From Candidatus Staskawiczbacteria bacterium (lineage in GTDB: Bacteria; Patescibacteriota; Minisyncoccia; Minisyncoccales; Staskawiczbacteraceae): a stretch of DNA of 64,000 bases. Position 1 is the stretch's first letter. Every line of letters starts with the position of its first letter. A model generated the notes under the pieces. That model searched no databases and was not told the DNA's origin. It was given only the letters and a program-made list of their open reading frames with translations. Below, in pieces: positions 52,000 through 61,370 of this stretch. The translations under genes were made by a program, and so were the position numbers. The stretch lies in NCBI GenBank assembly GCA_023245155.1, contig JAHFKV010000001.1, forward strand, positions 139,034 through 203,033, in the 5' to 3' direction.

Positions 52000-52688
52000 G
52001 CTAAATTTGAATAAATATTTTGAATGGCGTCGTTTTCGTCGAGCGCCTCAAATAATTTCTGGGCTTTCTCGCGGGCCTTTTCGTCCACCGCAATTTCTTC
52101 TTTCGCAAACCAGCCGAGCGACGAGCCGACTATTCTCACCCCTTTTTCTTCCAGGGATTTTTTAACCGTTTCCAAGTCTTCAGGTTTAGTGTAAACAAAT
52201 TCGCCACGGATATCATCTGCCCCGGCTTCAATGGCAGCCTCTTCAATGGTCTGGCCTTTTTCTGTTTCAATGCAACCCTTGCGTTCAAACATCCAGCGAA
52301 TAGCTCCTTCGCCGGCCATTTTGCCTTCATATTGGCCCAAAATTCCTTTTATTTCCCCCAGGGTCCGGTTCTTGTTGTCGGTAATGCCATCCATAATAAT
52401 AGCAATGCCTCCAGGGCCGAAACCCTCAAAAGAAACTTCTTCCAAATTTTCACCCACCAATTCACCGGTGCCCTTTTTAATAGCCCGTTCAATGTTTTCC
52501 TTGGGCATGTTAAACTCTTTGGCTTTTTCTATCAAACCCTTCAAGGTGGCGTTCACAGAAATATCTGCTCCCTTTTCTTTTACGGCAATCGTAATCACTC
52601 TTCCCATTTTGGAAAAGATTTTACCCTTTTTGGCATCGTTGGCATTTTTAGTGGCGGCAACTGTTTTGGCGTGACTATGACCTGACAT
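51996..52688 (-). CDS. yebC: YebC/PmpR-family transcriptional regulator
   Basis: MSGHSHAKTVAATKNANDAKKGKIFSK N-terminus is the family hallmark. Confidence 0.9.
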   Translation of the reverse strand: MSGHSHAKTVAATKNANDAKKGKIFSKMGRVITIAVKEKGADISVNATLKGLIEKAKEFNMPKENIERAIKKGTGELVGENLEEVSFEGFGPGGIAIIMDGITDNKNRTLGEIKGILGQYEGKMAGEGAIRWMFERKGCIETEKGQTIEEAAIEAGADDIRGEFVYTKPEDLETVKKSLEEKGVRIVGSSLGWFAKEEIAVDEKAREKAQKLFEALDENDAIQNIYSNLA

Positions 52689-52740
52689 GAATTTGGAACG
52701 AAGTGAGAAATTCGCAGCTATTGCGACACCTTACTTCGCT
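52689..52740 (-). promoter_or_regulatory. conserved leader motif, copy E4 (5' half overlaps the comEA stop region)
   Basis: Gene orientation: CGAAGTAAGGTGTCGCAATAGCTGCGAATTTCTCACTTCGTTCCAAATTC-ATG(yebC). Confidence 0.6.
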
Positions 52741-53212
52741 TTAGTTTAATAAATAGTAATACGAGTAATCCTAAAATAACAATTACTGCTCCTGTACTGG
52801 TAAAAAGGGGCCGTGGATCGGGCATGGTGCTTACATCTATAGCCGTACTCAACGCGGCCGGAGCTACACTAACATTATTATCAATTTTTTTGGTTTTTGG
52901 CAAGCTGGATGCTTTGGCAGACCTTGGTTTTGCTGCCGGCGGCGCGAGCGCGACCATTTCAGGAGCCACATAGGCCAACCCTTGATCCTTTATTTTCTTC
53001 AAAGTGGCCTGGCCAATACCCTTAACATGTAATAAATCATCAACGTAATAGTAGGGGTGTCCGTCAACAATCCGCTGTGCCAGTGCCGGTCCAATTCCGG
53101 CTAGCCCGTCAAGCTGTTTTATGCTGGCCGTATTGATATCAACGCGATCGGCTGCTAATAGGAAAGCTGGCCACACAAATAATAGTAAAAAAGCCAGCCA
53201 AAGCTTTTTCAT
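52718..53212 (-). CDS. comEA: ComEA-like helix-hairpin-helix DNA-binding protein
   Basis: Signal/TM segment, then [26 protein letters not shown]...[12 protein letters not shown] (HhH motifs), then a C-terminal TM helix. Confidence 0.75.
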   Translation of the reverse strand: MKKLWLAFLLLFVWPAFLLAADRVDINTASIKQLDGLAGIGPALAQRIVDGHPYYYVDDLLHVKGIGQATLKKIKDQGLAYVAPEMVALAPPAAKPRSAKASSLPKTKKIDNNVSVAPAALSTAIDVSTMPDPRPLFTSTGAVIVILGLLVLLFIKLKRSKVSQ

Positions 53213-54219
53213 AGTAAATTGTTTTGCCGATTGTATTTTATTCCCAAATGGTCATAGGCTAATTTTGAGGCTACTCTTCCCTTTGGTGTACGTTCTAAAA
53301 ATCCCAGTTGCATTAAATAAGGTTCATACATGTCTAAAATCGTATCTTCTTCTTCAAGGGCGGCTGCTGCCAATGATTGCAGTCCCACCGGCCCGCCATC
53401 AAACTTTTCAATCAAAGCCAGTAAGATTTTAATGTCGCCTGGCTCTAGCCCCATTTCATCAACTTCCAAGGAGGCTAGTGCATGTTCGGTAATTTCCCGG
53501 GTTGCGATGCCCGTGCTTTTAACTTCTGCAAAATCCCGCACTCGTTTTAGCAGCCGGTTGGCCACCCGTGGGGTAAAGCGACTACGCGTGGCAATTACTT
53601 TAATGGCATCGGGCTCAATGCTTACTCCCAACAACTTGGCGCTCCGCTCAATAATTTTTTCAATATCTTTAGGTTTATAAAAATTTAATTGAAATGTTGC
53701 CCCAAAGCGATTCCTTAGCGGGGAAGAAAGCATGCCCGGCCGGGTGGTGGCGCCCACTAGGGTGAACCGCGGCAATTTTAATTCCATGGTTCGGGCCATG
53801 GGGCCTTTTCCTAAAATCAAATTCAATTTATATTCTTCCATAGCCGGATATAGGTATTCTTCAATGGATTTATGCATCCGATGTATTTCGTCTAAAAACA
53901 GCACATCACCTTCTTGTAAATTGGTTAAGATAGCCGCCAAATCTCCCGCTCGCTCAATGGCTGGGCCTGAAGTCGCGCGGATTTTCTTGCCCATTTCCAA
54001 TGCTATCAGTTGGGCTAAGGTGGTTTTACCCAAACCCGAATTTCCATAGAGCAATACATGGTCGGGCGAGCCTCCCCGCTGCTTGGCGGCGGCCAAAATC
54101 ACCTTAATATTTTCTTTAATATTCTCTTGGCCGACATAATCAGCCCAGGTTTTAGGGCGAAGGGCAGAATCGATGACCTGGTCATTAAGACTAGGTTTTT
54201 CGGGTGGGGGGCTTGACAT
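53209..54219 (-). CDS. ruvB: Holliday junction branch migration ATPase RuvB
   Basis: [12 protein letters not shown], Walker [12 protein letters not shown], Walker [10 protein letters not shown], and the C-terminal winged-helix region. Confidence 0.95.
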   Translation of the reverse strand: MSSPPPEKPSLNDQVIDSALRPKTWADYVGQENIKENIKVILAAAKQRGGSPDHVLLYGNSGLGKTTLAQLIALEMGKKIRATSGPAIERAGDLAAILTNLQEGDVLFLDEIHRMHKSIEEYLYPAMEEYKLNLILGKGPMARTMELKLPRFTLVGATTRPGMLSSPLRNRFGATFQLNFYKPKDIEKIIERSAKLLGVSIEPDAIKVIATRSRFTPRVANRLLKRVRDFAEVKSTGIATREITEHALASLEVDEMGLEPGDIKILLALIEKFDGGPVGLQSLAAAALEEEDTILDMYEPYLMQLGFLERTPKGRVASKLAYDHLGIKYNRQNNLL

Positions 54220-54280
54220 GGTTCACTTATTATGCTATGCTTAAGATATTGAGTTTATTGCCCTTATAGTACCATAAAAA

Positions 54281-54407
54281 CAGCTGTGGAGTTGGAGGCC
54301 TTATATGGGCTTTCCTTAGTAATGGATAATCTTGCTCCGGCTCGATTATTCCTCAGGAAAACCTTTACTTGTATCCCAGATACAACGCGCCTCCAACTCC
54401 ACAGCTG
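54281..54407. repeat. 127-bp element with perfect 18-bp terminal inverted repeats (long-loop palindrome / MITE-like or terminator)
   Basis: cagctgtggagttggagg (54281-54298) and its exact reverse complement (54390-54407) enclose 91 nt. T-runs follow on both strands. Confidence 0.7.
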
Positions 54408-54425
54408 TTTTTTCGTATTTGAAAA

Positions 54426-55739
54426 TTAATCCGCTTCCACTACTTTTTTAACTTCTTCTAAGGTAGTATTTCCCAGCACCACTTCAATTAAACCTGCTTG
54501 CCACATGGTCACCATGCCATTTTTTACTGCTAACTCCTTGATGGTTGATTCAGCCGGGTTGGTGAGAATAAACTTTTCCATGTGGGCGTCCACCAAGAAT
54601 ACTTCATATAATCCTTTCCTGCCTTTATATCCGGTAAGGTTGCATGCTGGGCAACCCTTTTCTTTAGCCTTGGCAATTTTTAAGCCAATTAAATCTGGCG
54701 TTTCTGCTGTTTCGGGCAAATTTTTTAAGCCCTTTTTTATTTCTGCCAATTCTTCAGCGGATGGTTTTTGCATTACCGCGCACTCTTTGCAAACCTTGCG
54801 GACCAAGCGCTGGCCAACGGACATTTTCAAGGCCGAGGCAATGGAAGCACCATCGGTTCCCAAGTCAATGAGGCGGGGAATGGCGCCAATCGCGCTGTTA
54901 GTGTGTAAGGTGGTGAGCACTAGGTGCCCGGTTAACGAGGCCTGCAGGGCGATTTTGGCGGTTTCAAGGTCTCTGATTTCTCCCACTAAAATCACGTCCG
55001 GGTCTTGGCGGACAATGCTGCGCAGACCTTCGGCAAAACCATATCCTTTTTCGGGGTCGGCCTGGGTTTGGGAAATGCCCTGGATGTGATATTCAATGGG
55101 ATCTTCAATAGTGATAATTTTAATTTCCGGATTCTGGATTTTTAATAGAAAAGCGTACAGGGTGGTGGTTTTTCCCGCGCCCGTGGGGCCGGTAACCACA
55201 ATCATGCCGTTAGGTTTTTTAATTTCTTGGGTAAAAATATCATACAAGTCTTTGCGCAGGCCCAGGGTGTCCAATTCCTTCAAGTTTTTCGGGTTTAAAA
55301 TTCTCATCACAATTGATTCTCCGTATTCAGCGGGCAGGCTAGAAGTTCTTATTTCAATGACATCTTCGGCCATAGCAATGGTAAAGCGGCCGTCTTGGGC
55401 TTTGTCGGTGATATTTAGTTTTATTTTACTTAACAACTTCAGGCGGGAAAGAATGTGGTGGTATATTTCTTTTTCAAAAATGTGGGCGTCTTGCAGTAGG
55501 CCGTCAACCCTTATCCGGAGGCGTACTTGTTCTTCTTGTGGTTCAAGGTGGATGTCGGAAGCCTGCAGTACGATGGCGCCGAACAAAACCACATCTAAGA
55601 TGTTGGTAGTGCTTTCTGCTGTGTAAGCATCAATTTTTTTGCCAAAATCAGCGATATTTTTTAAGCTGCTCTGTAAGTCTTGGGCTATTTCTTGCGGAAT
55701 GGTAACCGCGCCTAACATTTTTTTGTTTTCTTCCATCAC
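54426..55739 (-). CDS. GspE/PilB-family type II/IV secretion ATPase
   Basis: Walker A GPTGAGKTTT, Asp box, Walker B VILVGEIRD, His box LVLTTLHTN, and a CxxC...CPAC tetracysteine motif. Confidence 0.9.
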   Translation of the reverse strand: MMEENKKMLGAVTIPQEIAQDLQSSLKNIADFGKKIDAYTAESTTNILDVVLFGAIVLQASDIHLEPQEEQVRLRIRVDGLLQDAHIFEKEIYHHILSRLKLLSKIKLNITDKAQDGRFTIAMAEDVIEIRTSSLPAEYGESIVMRILNPKNLKELDTLGLRKDLYDIFTQEIKKPNGMIVVTGPTGAGKTTTLYAFLLKIQNPEIKIITIEDPIEYHIQGISQTQADPEKGYGFAEGLRSIVRQDPDVILVGEIRDLETAKIALQASLTGHLVLTTLHTNSAIGAIPRLIDLGTDGASIASALKMSVGQRLVRKVCKECAVMQKPSAEELAEIKKGLKNLPETAETPDLIGLKIAKAKEKGCPACNLTGYKGRKGLYEVFLVDAHMEKFILTNPAESTIKELAVKNGMVTMWQAGLIEVVLGNTTLEEVKKVVEAD

Positions 55740-56788
55740 ATCAGTTTTAATAATTTTTCTTTTATGAGTCCAGTGTCTGATCCGCCAAATTCTAGAAATA
55801 CCCAGCCATTTTTTGTTTTACCCTGAACGGCGTTGAGCAGTTCCACGTTTTTTGAATAGAAAAAGCCTTTAATCATGGGATCTGAAGCGTGGCTTTTCCA
55901 AAGTACCAGCAAGTTGTTTTGCAAGCCAAGGGTGCTGATTTTTTCCATGGCCGAGGTGGCTTCTGGTTCGCCAAAATTCCAAAATTGTTCTGAAGAGAGT
56001 TCGGCTACATAGCTGCTATTTTCATGGCGCATCTGTTTAAATATTTCAGTTAAAAATTCCATTTGCTGGGGTGTGGTGGTGTATAAGTTTTCCGTAATCT
56101 GTTGGTAGTTGGCGCCTCTTTCCATCAAATCGGCGGCAATTTTTAGCGTTTCTGGTTTTGTTTTAGGGTTTTTGAAGTTTTCGTAATGTGCCACCATGCC
56201 AACTAGCAGGCAATTGGCAACTTCTTTGCTGTTGGTGCCCCGGCCGGTAATATCCATGACAATTTCGGCAATGGAAGATTCCCGTACCATGTTGATGTTT
56301 CCAAAGGCGGTGTTCGCAAGGCCGTTATCAATATTAATAATGGGAGCGCCCAGCAAAAAACCGAACGAATCTAGGTTTTGCGCTAATTCTTTTTGAAAAT
56401 CGGTAACTGACAGGGTAATTACCAGGTCTGGTTTTGGCTGTTCAAAGTAAAAGGCAATATGTTCTTTTTTTAAGTTGCTGTTTTCTACGGTCAGGTGGAT
56501 TTTTAGGTTTTCATCATTTTTTTCATAGTAAATTTGAGATACATTGGCAGTGTTGCGCGGGATAGAAATGACAAAATTCTTGGGTTGGGATAAAAAATCC
56601 AGCGAAGGAATTAAAAATTGCAATTTTTCAGGAAATACTTCGTTGAGCAGATTTACATTTTTACCCAAATCACGTAAAGTATAAAAAAGAGCCAGGGCCG
56701 AGGGCAAACTTTCCGCCTCATTGGTTTTTGAGGGGATAATGCAGATATTTTTTGCATTAAGGATAAGTTTTTTTGCTTCTTCATTCAT
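55736..56788 (-). CDS. hypothetical protein (possibly degenerate DHH/NrnA-like fold)
   Basis: Start moved to MNEEAKK (M39) to avoid overlap with divergent tsaE. No catalytic DHH motif seen, so the family call is weak. Confidence 0.35.
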   Translation of the reverse strand: MNEEAKKLILNAKNICIIPSKTNEAESLPSALALFYTLRDLGKNVNLLNEVFPEKLQFLIPSLDFLSQPKNFVISIPRNTANVSQIYYEKNDENLKIHLTVENSNLKKEHIAFYFEQPKPDLVITLSVTDFQKELAQNLDSFGFLLGAPIINIDNGLANTAFGNINMVRESSIAEIVMDITGRGTNSKEVANCLLVGMVAHYENFKNPKTKPETLKIAADLMERGANYQQITENLYTTTPQQMEFLTEIFKQMRHENSSYVAELSSEQFWNFGEPEATSAMEKISTLGLQNNLLVLWKSHASDPMIKGFFYSKNVELLNAVQGKTKNGWVFLEFGGSDTGLIKEKLLKLM

Positions 56789-56824
56789 TGGCTTTAAGCT
56801 ATAGTATTTAGTTTTAAAAATCAA

Positions 56825-57250
56825 GTGGAGAAAATTATCACGAACAGTTTCAAGGAAACGCAACAAGCGGGCGCAGCATTTGCCGCGCAAATGCTGCGCC
56901 AAAAACCCTCAAAAAGTGCGATGATTTTGGCATTAAGCGGAGATTTGGGGGCCGGGAAAACCACGTTTTTACAGGGTTTTGCTAAAGGTTTAGGGGTTGA
57001 AGAGGTAATAAATAGTCCCACGTTTGTGGTAATGAAAAGATTTGGCAATTTTTACCACATCGATTGTTATCGCTTGGAAAATCCCGAAGAAGTGTTGCAA
57101 TTGGGATTTAGTGAAATTATTTCCAACCCTAAAAATATTGTGGCCATTGAATGGCCAGAGAAAATAAAAAAGCTTATGCCTAAAAATTTCATATCTATTC
57201 ATTTTAAACATTTTAAAGAAAACGAGAGGCAATTGACAATAGATAGATAA
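56825..57250 (+). CDS. tsaE: tRNA t6A37 biosynthesis ATPase TsaE
   Basis: LSGDLGAGKTTFLQGF Walker A and SPTFVVMKRF...HIDCYRL motif. GTG start. Confidence 0.85.
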   Translation: MEKIITNSFKETQQAGAAFAAQMLRQKPSKSAMILALSGDLGAGKTTFLQGFAKGLGVEEVINSPTFVVMKRFGNFYHIDCYRLENPEEVLQLGFSEIISNPKNIVAIEWPEKIKKLMPKNFISIHFKHFKENERQLTIDR

Positions 57251-57301
57251 TTTCATAGCCTGTAGATAGTCCTTTCGTCCAGTTCACTTACGGAGTAATC
57301 C

Positions 57302-57577
57302 ATGAAAACGCGCAGCAAGTCAGGCGAACACTTGTGGGAAACGAGGCGTGCGAAAAAATTGCCTCAACGAATCGTCGCCCCGCGTCTCTGGGGTCACCTG
57401 TCTCTTAAAAAAGCCATTTTGCGTCTTCGTGGGATTGAAACGCATGGCCTCCACGTGAGTTTCTTTCGGCGGGTTGCTGGAGCTTATGGAATGACTCCAA
57501 AAGAGACAAGCAAACTTAAGAAGCTTGCCGAAGAAGACACCATGATGTTCGCGAGAGAATTCGTGGCAGCCGGCTAA
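57302..57577 (+). CDS. small basic protein encoded on GC-rich island D
   Basis: 91 aa, K/R-rich. 32/60 GC in line 57361. Preceded by ACGGAG and followed by a strong hairpin terminator. Confidence 0.45.
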   Translation: MKTRSKSGEHLWETRRAKKLPQRIVAPRLWGHLSLKKAILRLRGIETHGLHVSFFRRVAGAYGMTPKETSKLKKLAEEDTMMFAREFVAAG

Positions 57578-57602
57578 TCTCAAATGCACAGATGTACGGT
57601 TT

Positions 57603-57633
57603 CCGCACGACCTCAGTCGTGCGGCTTTTTTTT
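57603..57633 (+). terminator. terminator of island D gene
   Basis: ccgcacgac/gtcgtgcgg 9-bp stem with a ctca loop, followed by TTTTTTTT. Confidence 0.85.
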
Positions 57634-57659
57634 GTTTCCAAAAATGATATAATCTACCA

Positions 57660-58544
57660 ATGGAAAAAGAAAAACGGTTAATTATTATTGACGGCCTCTC
57701 TCTTTTATACAGGGCATTCCATGCCTTGCCGCCTTTAAATAATAGCAATGGCCAGTTAACCAACGCGGTGTATGGATTTTTACTGATACTATTTAAGGCG
57801 ATTAAAGACGTGGAGGCTAATTATGTGGTGGCCTGTTTTGATACTAAAAAACCAACTTTCCGGCACGAGCAATTTGAAGAATACAAGGCTCACCGCGCCC
57901 CTATGCCCGATGGCATTGCTTCGCAAATCCCCATGGTCAAAGAGGTATTAAGGGTTCTGAGTATACCCATGTTTGAAAAAGAAGGTTTTGAAGCAGATGA
58001 CTTGGTGGCTACTATTGCCGTTAAAAATCAAGACAAAGTTAAGGTATTTATTTTGAGTGGAGATTTAGATAATTTGCAATTGGTGAATGATAATATAAAA
58101 TTGTACACCATGGGTAAGGGAATTAAAGAAAGTATGGTGTATGATAGTGCCCGCGTGGTTGAGCGGTTTGGTGTGCGGCCAGACCAAATGAACGAATTTA
58201 AGGCGTTAACTGGCGATACCTCCGATAATATTCCGGGCGTTCCGGGAATCGGCAAGACCACAGCGGCAGATTTAATCGGGCGCTTTAAGAGCATTAAGAA
58301 CTTGTATGATGAATTGGCTACCGACACTGCGGTTTTGAAACCGAAGATAAAAGAAGCTCTGAAGGCAAACAAAGAAAAGGCATTGTTATCGTTAAAGCTC
58401 GTGAATACCGATAAAAATGTGGAACTGGATTTTAATTTAGATGATTGCGCCTTTGGCCGTTTTGACCAGGCCAAGGTGCAGCAGGTTTTTACCGCCCTGA
58501 ATTTTACCACTTTAATGGACCGGTTGAACGCACTTATTTTTTAG
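57660..58544 (+). CDS. 5'-3' exonuclease (Pol I N-terminal / FEN-like domain, stand-alone)
   Basis: LIIIDGLSLLYRAFHA, FEADDLVAT and LTGDTSDNIPGVPGIGKTTA (H3TH) motifs. Confidence 0.9.
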   Translation: MEKEKRLIIIDGLSLLYRAFHALPPLNNSNGQLTNAVYGFLLILFKAIKDVEANYVVACFDTKKPTFRHEQFEEYKAHRAPMPDGIASQIPMVKEVLRVLSIPMFEKEGFEADDLVATIAVKNQDKVKVFILSGDLDNLQLVNDNIKLYTMGKGIKESMVYDSARVVERFGVRPDQMNEFKALTGDTSDNIPGVPGIGKTTAADLIGRFKSIKNLYDELATDTAVLKPKIKEALKANKEKALLSLKLVNTDKNVELDFNLDDCAFGRFDQAKVQQVFTALNFTTLMDRLNALIF

Positions 58545-58560
58545 GTTACAATAAGGTAAC

Positions 58561-59130
58561 ATGTTAAGTTTTTCTTCGAAAATAACCTATTTTATTTTCA
58601 TCGCGGGGGCATTTGTGGTGGTGAGTTTTGCAGCCTTGAATTACCAGGCGTTGAATGCGGATATGTATTTTGTGCTCTATTTGTTGCTGGTGTTTTTATT
58701 GCTGTTTGGCATATTTGTGGCTAGTCACACCTCCAAGCCTTTGAAAAAAATTGTGAAAACCGCTCATGAATTAGCCGAGGGGAATATACATAGCCGGGCG
58801 TATGTAAGAAATAATGATGAAGTTGGCCAGCTGGCAGGGTTATTAAATAAGATTGGGGAGAAATTGGAAAAAGCCAATTACGAAAAAGCGACTATTCACC
58901 AAGCGGTGTCCGCTAAAGTCAATGCCATTGTCGGCCCACTCCACGAAACGATAGAAGCCTTAGAAGAAAAGGCCAAAAACCGGACCATTGAATTTCATAA
59001 AGCCAATGAAGTTGCCCAAAAAATGCAGATTGATTTATTACTCAAAGAGGCCGAGCTAGTTGACTTGAAGGGCGAGTTGGCAAAGTTAATGAAGCGCAAG
59101 AATAAAAAAGTAACCAGAGAACAGGCATAG
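58561..59130 (+). CDS. membrane protein with HAMP domain and coiled coil
   Basis: Two TM helices followed by PLKKIVKTAHELAEGNIHSRAYVRNNDEVGQLAGLLNKI. Confidence 0.6.
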   Translation: MLSFSSKITYFIFIAGAFVVVSFAALNYQALNADMYFVLYLLLVFLLLFGIFVASHTSKPLKKIVKTAHELAEGNIHSRAYVRNNDEVGQLAGLLNKIGEKLEKANYEKATIHQAVSAKVNAIVGPLHETIEALEEKAKNRTIEFHKANEVAQKMQIDLLLKEAELVDLKGELAKLMKRKNKKVTREQA

Positions 59131-59131
59131 C

Positions 59132-59962
59132 ATGCCAGAATTACCCGAGGTTCAGACTACGGTAAACGGTTTGCAAAAAAGGGTCCTTGGCAGGACCTTT
59201 GTTCGTGTGTGGTCAGATTGGCAGAAGACAGTTACATTCCCCAGAAAATTTGCTGCATTTAAAAAACAGCTCAAAGGTAAGAAAATTCTACGGGTTTGGC
59301 GACGGGGTAAAAATGTGATTTTTGAATTGTCGGATGGATATTCTTTGTTAATTCATATGAAAATGACTGGGCATTTGCTGGTTGAGCCCTGGAATACACA
59401 AGATCCCATGAATGGCTATTTGCATATAATGTTCTTCCTGGATGATGGTCGTAAAATTGCCCTGTCTGATTTGCGCAAGTTCGCCAAAGTTGAATTACGG
59501 CCAACGAAAGAGCTGCTGCAAATCTTTGAGGGACTGGGGCCAGAGCCCTTAGAAAAAATTTTTACGTTTGAAAAATTTGAAAAATTATTTGTAAGAAAAA
59601 AGGGGAAGGTAAAAGAAATTATTATGCGGCCAAGTTTTATTGCGGGTATCGGCAACATTTATGCTTCCGAAGCTTTGTGGTGGGCAAAGATTCATCCAGC
59701 TAAAGATGTTTCGCGTTTGAATGCTCGGGAATTAAAACTATTATACGGCGCGATAAAAAAAGTATTACAACTGGGCATTAACTTTGGCGGTGACAGTTTT
59801 TCGGATTACCGGGACGTGGATGGCAATAAGGGAGAGTTTGAGGGTTCTAAAAAAGTCTATCAACGCGAAGGTGAAAAGTGTTTTCGGTGCAAGTCAGTCA
59901 TTAAAAGATTGGTTATTGCGCAGCGCAGTTCGTTTTATTGCCCGCGGTGTCAGAGGCTATAG
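59132..59962 (+). CDS. mutM: formamidopyrimidine-DNA glycosylase
   Basis: MPELPEVQT N-terminus, H2TH region, and C-terminal zinc finger CFRC...CPRCQ. Confidence 0.9.
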   Translation: MPELPEVQTTVNGLQKRVLGRTFVRVWSDWQKTVTFPRKFAAFKKQLKGKKILRVWRRGKNVIFELSDGYSLLIHMKMTGHLLVEPWNTQDPMNGYLHIMFFLDDGRKIALSDLRKFAKVELRPTKELLQIFEGLGPEPLEKIFTFEKFEKLFVRKKGKVKEIIMRPSFIAGIGNIYASEALWWAKIHPAKDVSRLNARELKLLYGAIKKVLQLGINFGGDSFSDYRDVDGNKGEFEGSKKVYQREGEKCFRCKSVIKRLVIAQRSSFYCPRCQRL

Positions 59963-59995
59963 TTATCAAGTTATAATGTTATAAAGTTATCAAGT
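59961..59995 (+). repeat. left arm of 35-bp imperfect inverted repeat flanking the four-helix-bundle gene
   Basis: agttatcaagttataatgttataaagttatcaagt matches the reverse complement of 60357-60391 at 30 of 35 positions. Confidence 0.85.
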
Positions 59996-59997
59996 CG

Positions 59998-60342
59998 GTG
60001 AAAATTGAAAAATTTGAAGAATTAATATGTTGGCAGAAAAGCAAAGAACTGTCCTTGCTGATGTATGGGTTATTTAAGAATAACAGAGATTTTAGTTTCT
60101 GTGATCAGATTAAGCGCGCAGTTGTGAGCGTTATGAATAATATAGCTGAAGGATTTGAGCGCCAAACCAACAAGGAGTTTACTCAATTTTTATATATTGC
60201 AAAAGGATCTTGTGGTGAGGCGAGATCGATGTGCTACATAGCACTGGAATTGGGATACATTTCGAAAGAGGATTTTGAAAAAGTAAATAGATTATCCCTC
60301 GATACAGCTAGATTAATTTCAGGCCTAATTAAGGTTTTATAG
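59998..60342 (+). CDS. four-helix-bundle protein (23S rRNA intervening-sequence protein family)
   Basis: FEELICWQKSKELSLLMY...IKRAVVSVMNNIAEGFERQTNKEFTQFLYIAKGSCGEARSMCYIALELGYI is the family signature. GTG start. Confidence 0.85.
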   Translation: MKIEKFEELICWQKSKELSLLMYGLFKNNRDFSFCDQIKRAVVSVMNNIAEGFERQTNKEFTQFLYIAKGSCGEARSMCYIALELGYISKEDFEKVNRLSLDTARLISGLIKVL

Positions 60343-60356
60343 AGCTTTCTTTTAGA

Positions 60357-60391
60357 ACTTGATAACATTAGAACTTGATAACTTTATAACT
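60357..60391 (-). repeat. right arm of the inverted repeat
   Basis: acttgataacattagaacttgataactttataact. Ends 5 nt before the holA start. Confidence 0.85.
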
Positions 60392-60396
60392 TCGTT

Positions 60397-61332
60397 ATGA
60401 TTATATTTCTATACGGGCCGGATTCCTATCGGTCCAAACAAAAATTAGATGAAATAATCAGTCACTATAAAGAGTCCGGGAAAAGCGGCTTGAATTTAAT
60501 TTCTGTTGATGCCAAGGAAAACGCTTTCCCTGATTTTTACGATACCCTTAGGGTTTCCTCCATGTTTGCTGAAAAAAAATTGGTTATTATAAAAAATGTG
60601 TTTGCCGGTAAGGGTTTTCAGGAGGAATTATTGGAAGAGATTAAAAACATAGAAAATTTAAAGGATGTGGTGGTTGTTTATGAAACCGAAGCGCCCGATC
60701 AGCGCTTAAAAATTTTTAAAACTCTCGTAAAAACCTGCAAATGCCAGGAATTTGCCCTATTAGAGGGGTCGGCTTTAAAGCAATGGGCTCAAAAAGAATT
60801 TGAACGTCTTGGGCAAAAATCCAATCTTGATGCCGCAGATCTTTTAGTGCAGTATGTGGGCAATGATTTGTGGCGTCTTGCGGCTGAAATAAAAAAATTG
60901 GGAAATTTTAAAAATGGAGCAACAATCAAAAAAGAAGATGTGTTGCTCATGGTAAAACCGCGCCTTGAAGTGGATATTTTTAAAACTATTGACGCTATGG
61001 CGGCAAAAAACAGACCACAAGCCCTTTCGTTGGTAAAAAAACATTTAGACAATGGCGAAGCGCCCCTGTATATTTTGAGTATGATTGCTTACCAGTATAA
61101 AAATTTACTGGTGGTAAAAGAATTGGCTCAAAAAGGATTTATGTATGCTTCTATTGTGAAAAAAAGCGGCCTGCACCCTTTTGTGGTTAAAAAAACGTAC
61201 TTTGCCTCAAGCCAGTTTTCACTTGAAGAGCTCAAAATTGCTTATCATAATATTTTCCAAATGGATTTAGATATCAAAACAGGCAAGATTGATCAGGAGG
61301 CAGCCTTGGAATTATTGGTCTCAAGCATCTAA
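60397..61332 (+). CDS. holA: DNA polymerase III delta subunit
   Basis: 311 aa with the MIIFLYGPDSYRSKQKLDEI start and a delta-like C-terminal helical domain. Confidence 0.8.
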   Translation: MIIFLYGPDSYRSKQKLDEIISHYKESGKSGLNLISVDAKENAFPDFYDTLRVSSMFAEKKLVIIKNVFAGKGFQEELLEEIKNIENLKDVVVVYETEAPDQRLKIFKTLVKTCKCQEFALLEGSALKQWAQKEFERLGQKSNLDAADLLVQYVGNDLWRLAAEIKKLGNFKNGATIKKEDVLLMVKPRLEVDIFKTIDAMAAKNRPQALSLVKKHLDNGEAPLYILSMIAYQYKNLLVVKELAQKGFMYASIVKKSGLHPFVVKKTYFASSQFSLEELKIAYHNIFQMDLDIKTGKIDQEAALELLVSSI

Positions 61333-61333
61333 A

Positions 61334-61357
61334 AACCGCGGTTTCTGCCGCGGTTTT
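61334..61357. terminator. bidirectional terminator between holA and rpsT
   Basis: aaccgcgg/ccgcggtt stem flanked by an A-run and a T-run. Confidence 0.8.
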
Positions 61358-61370
61358 TAGATGAGTAAAT

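Noticed and set aside
34684-60391. The gttatcaagt-type repeats as a CRISPR array
   Set aside because: There are only 2-3 adjacent units, no unique spacers of regular length and no cas genes. One set is in-frame coding sequence and the other forms an inverted pair around a gene.
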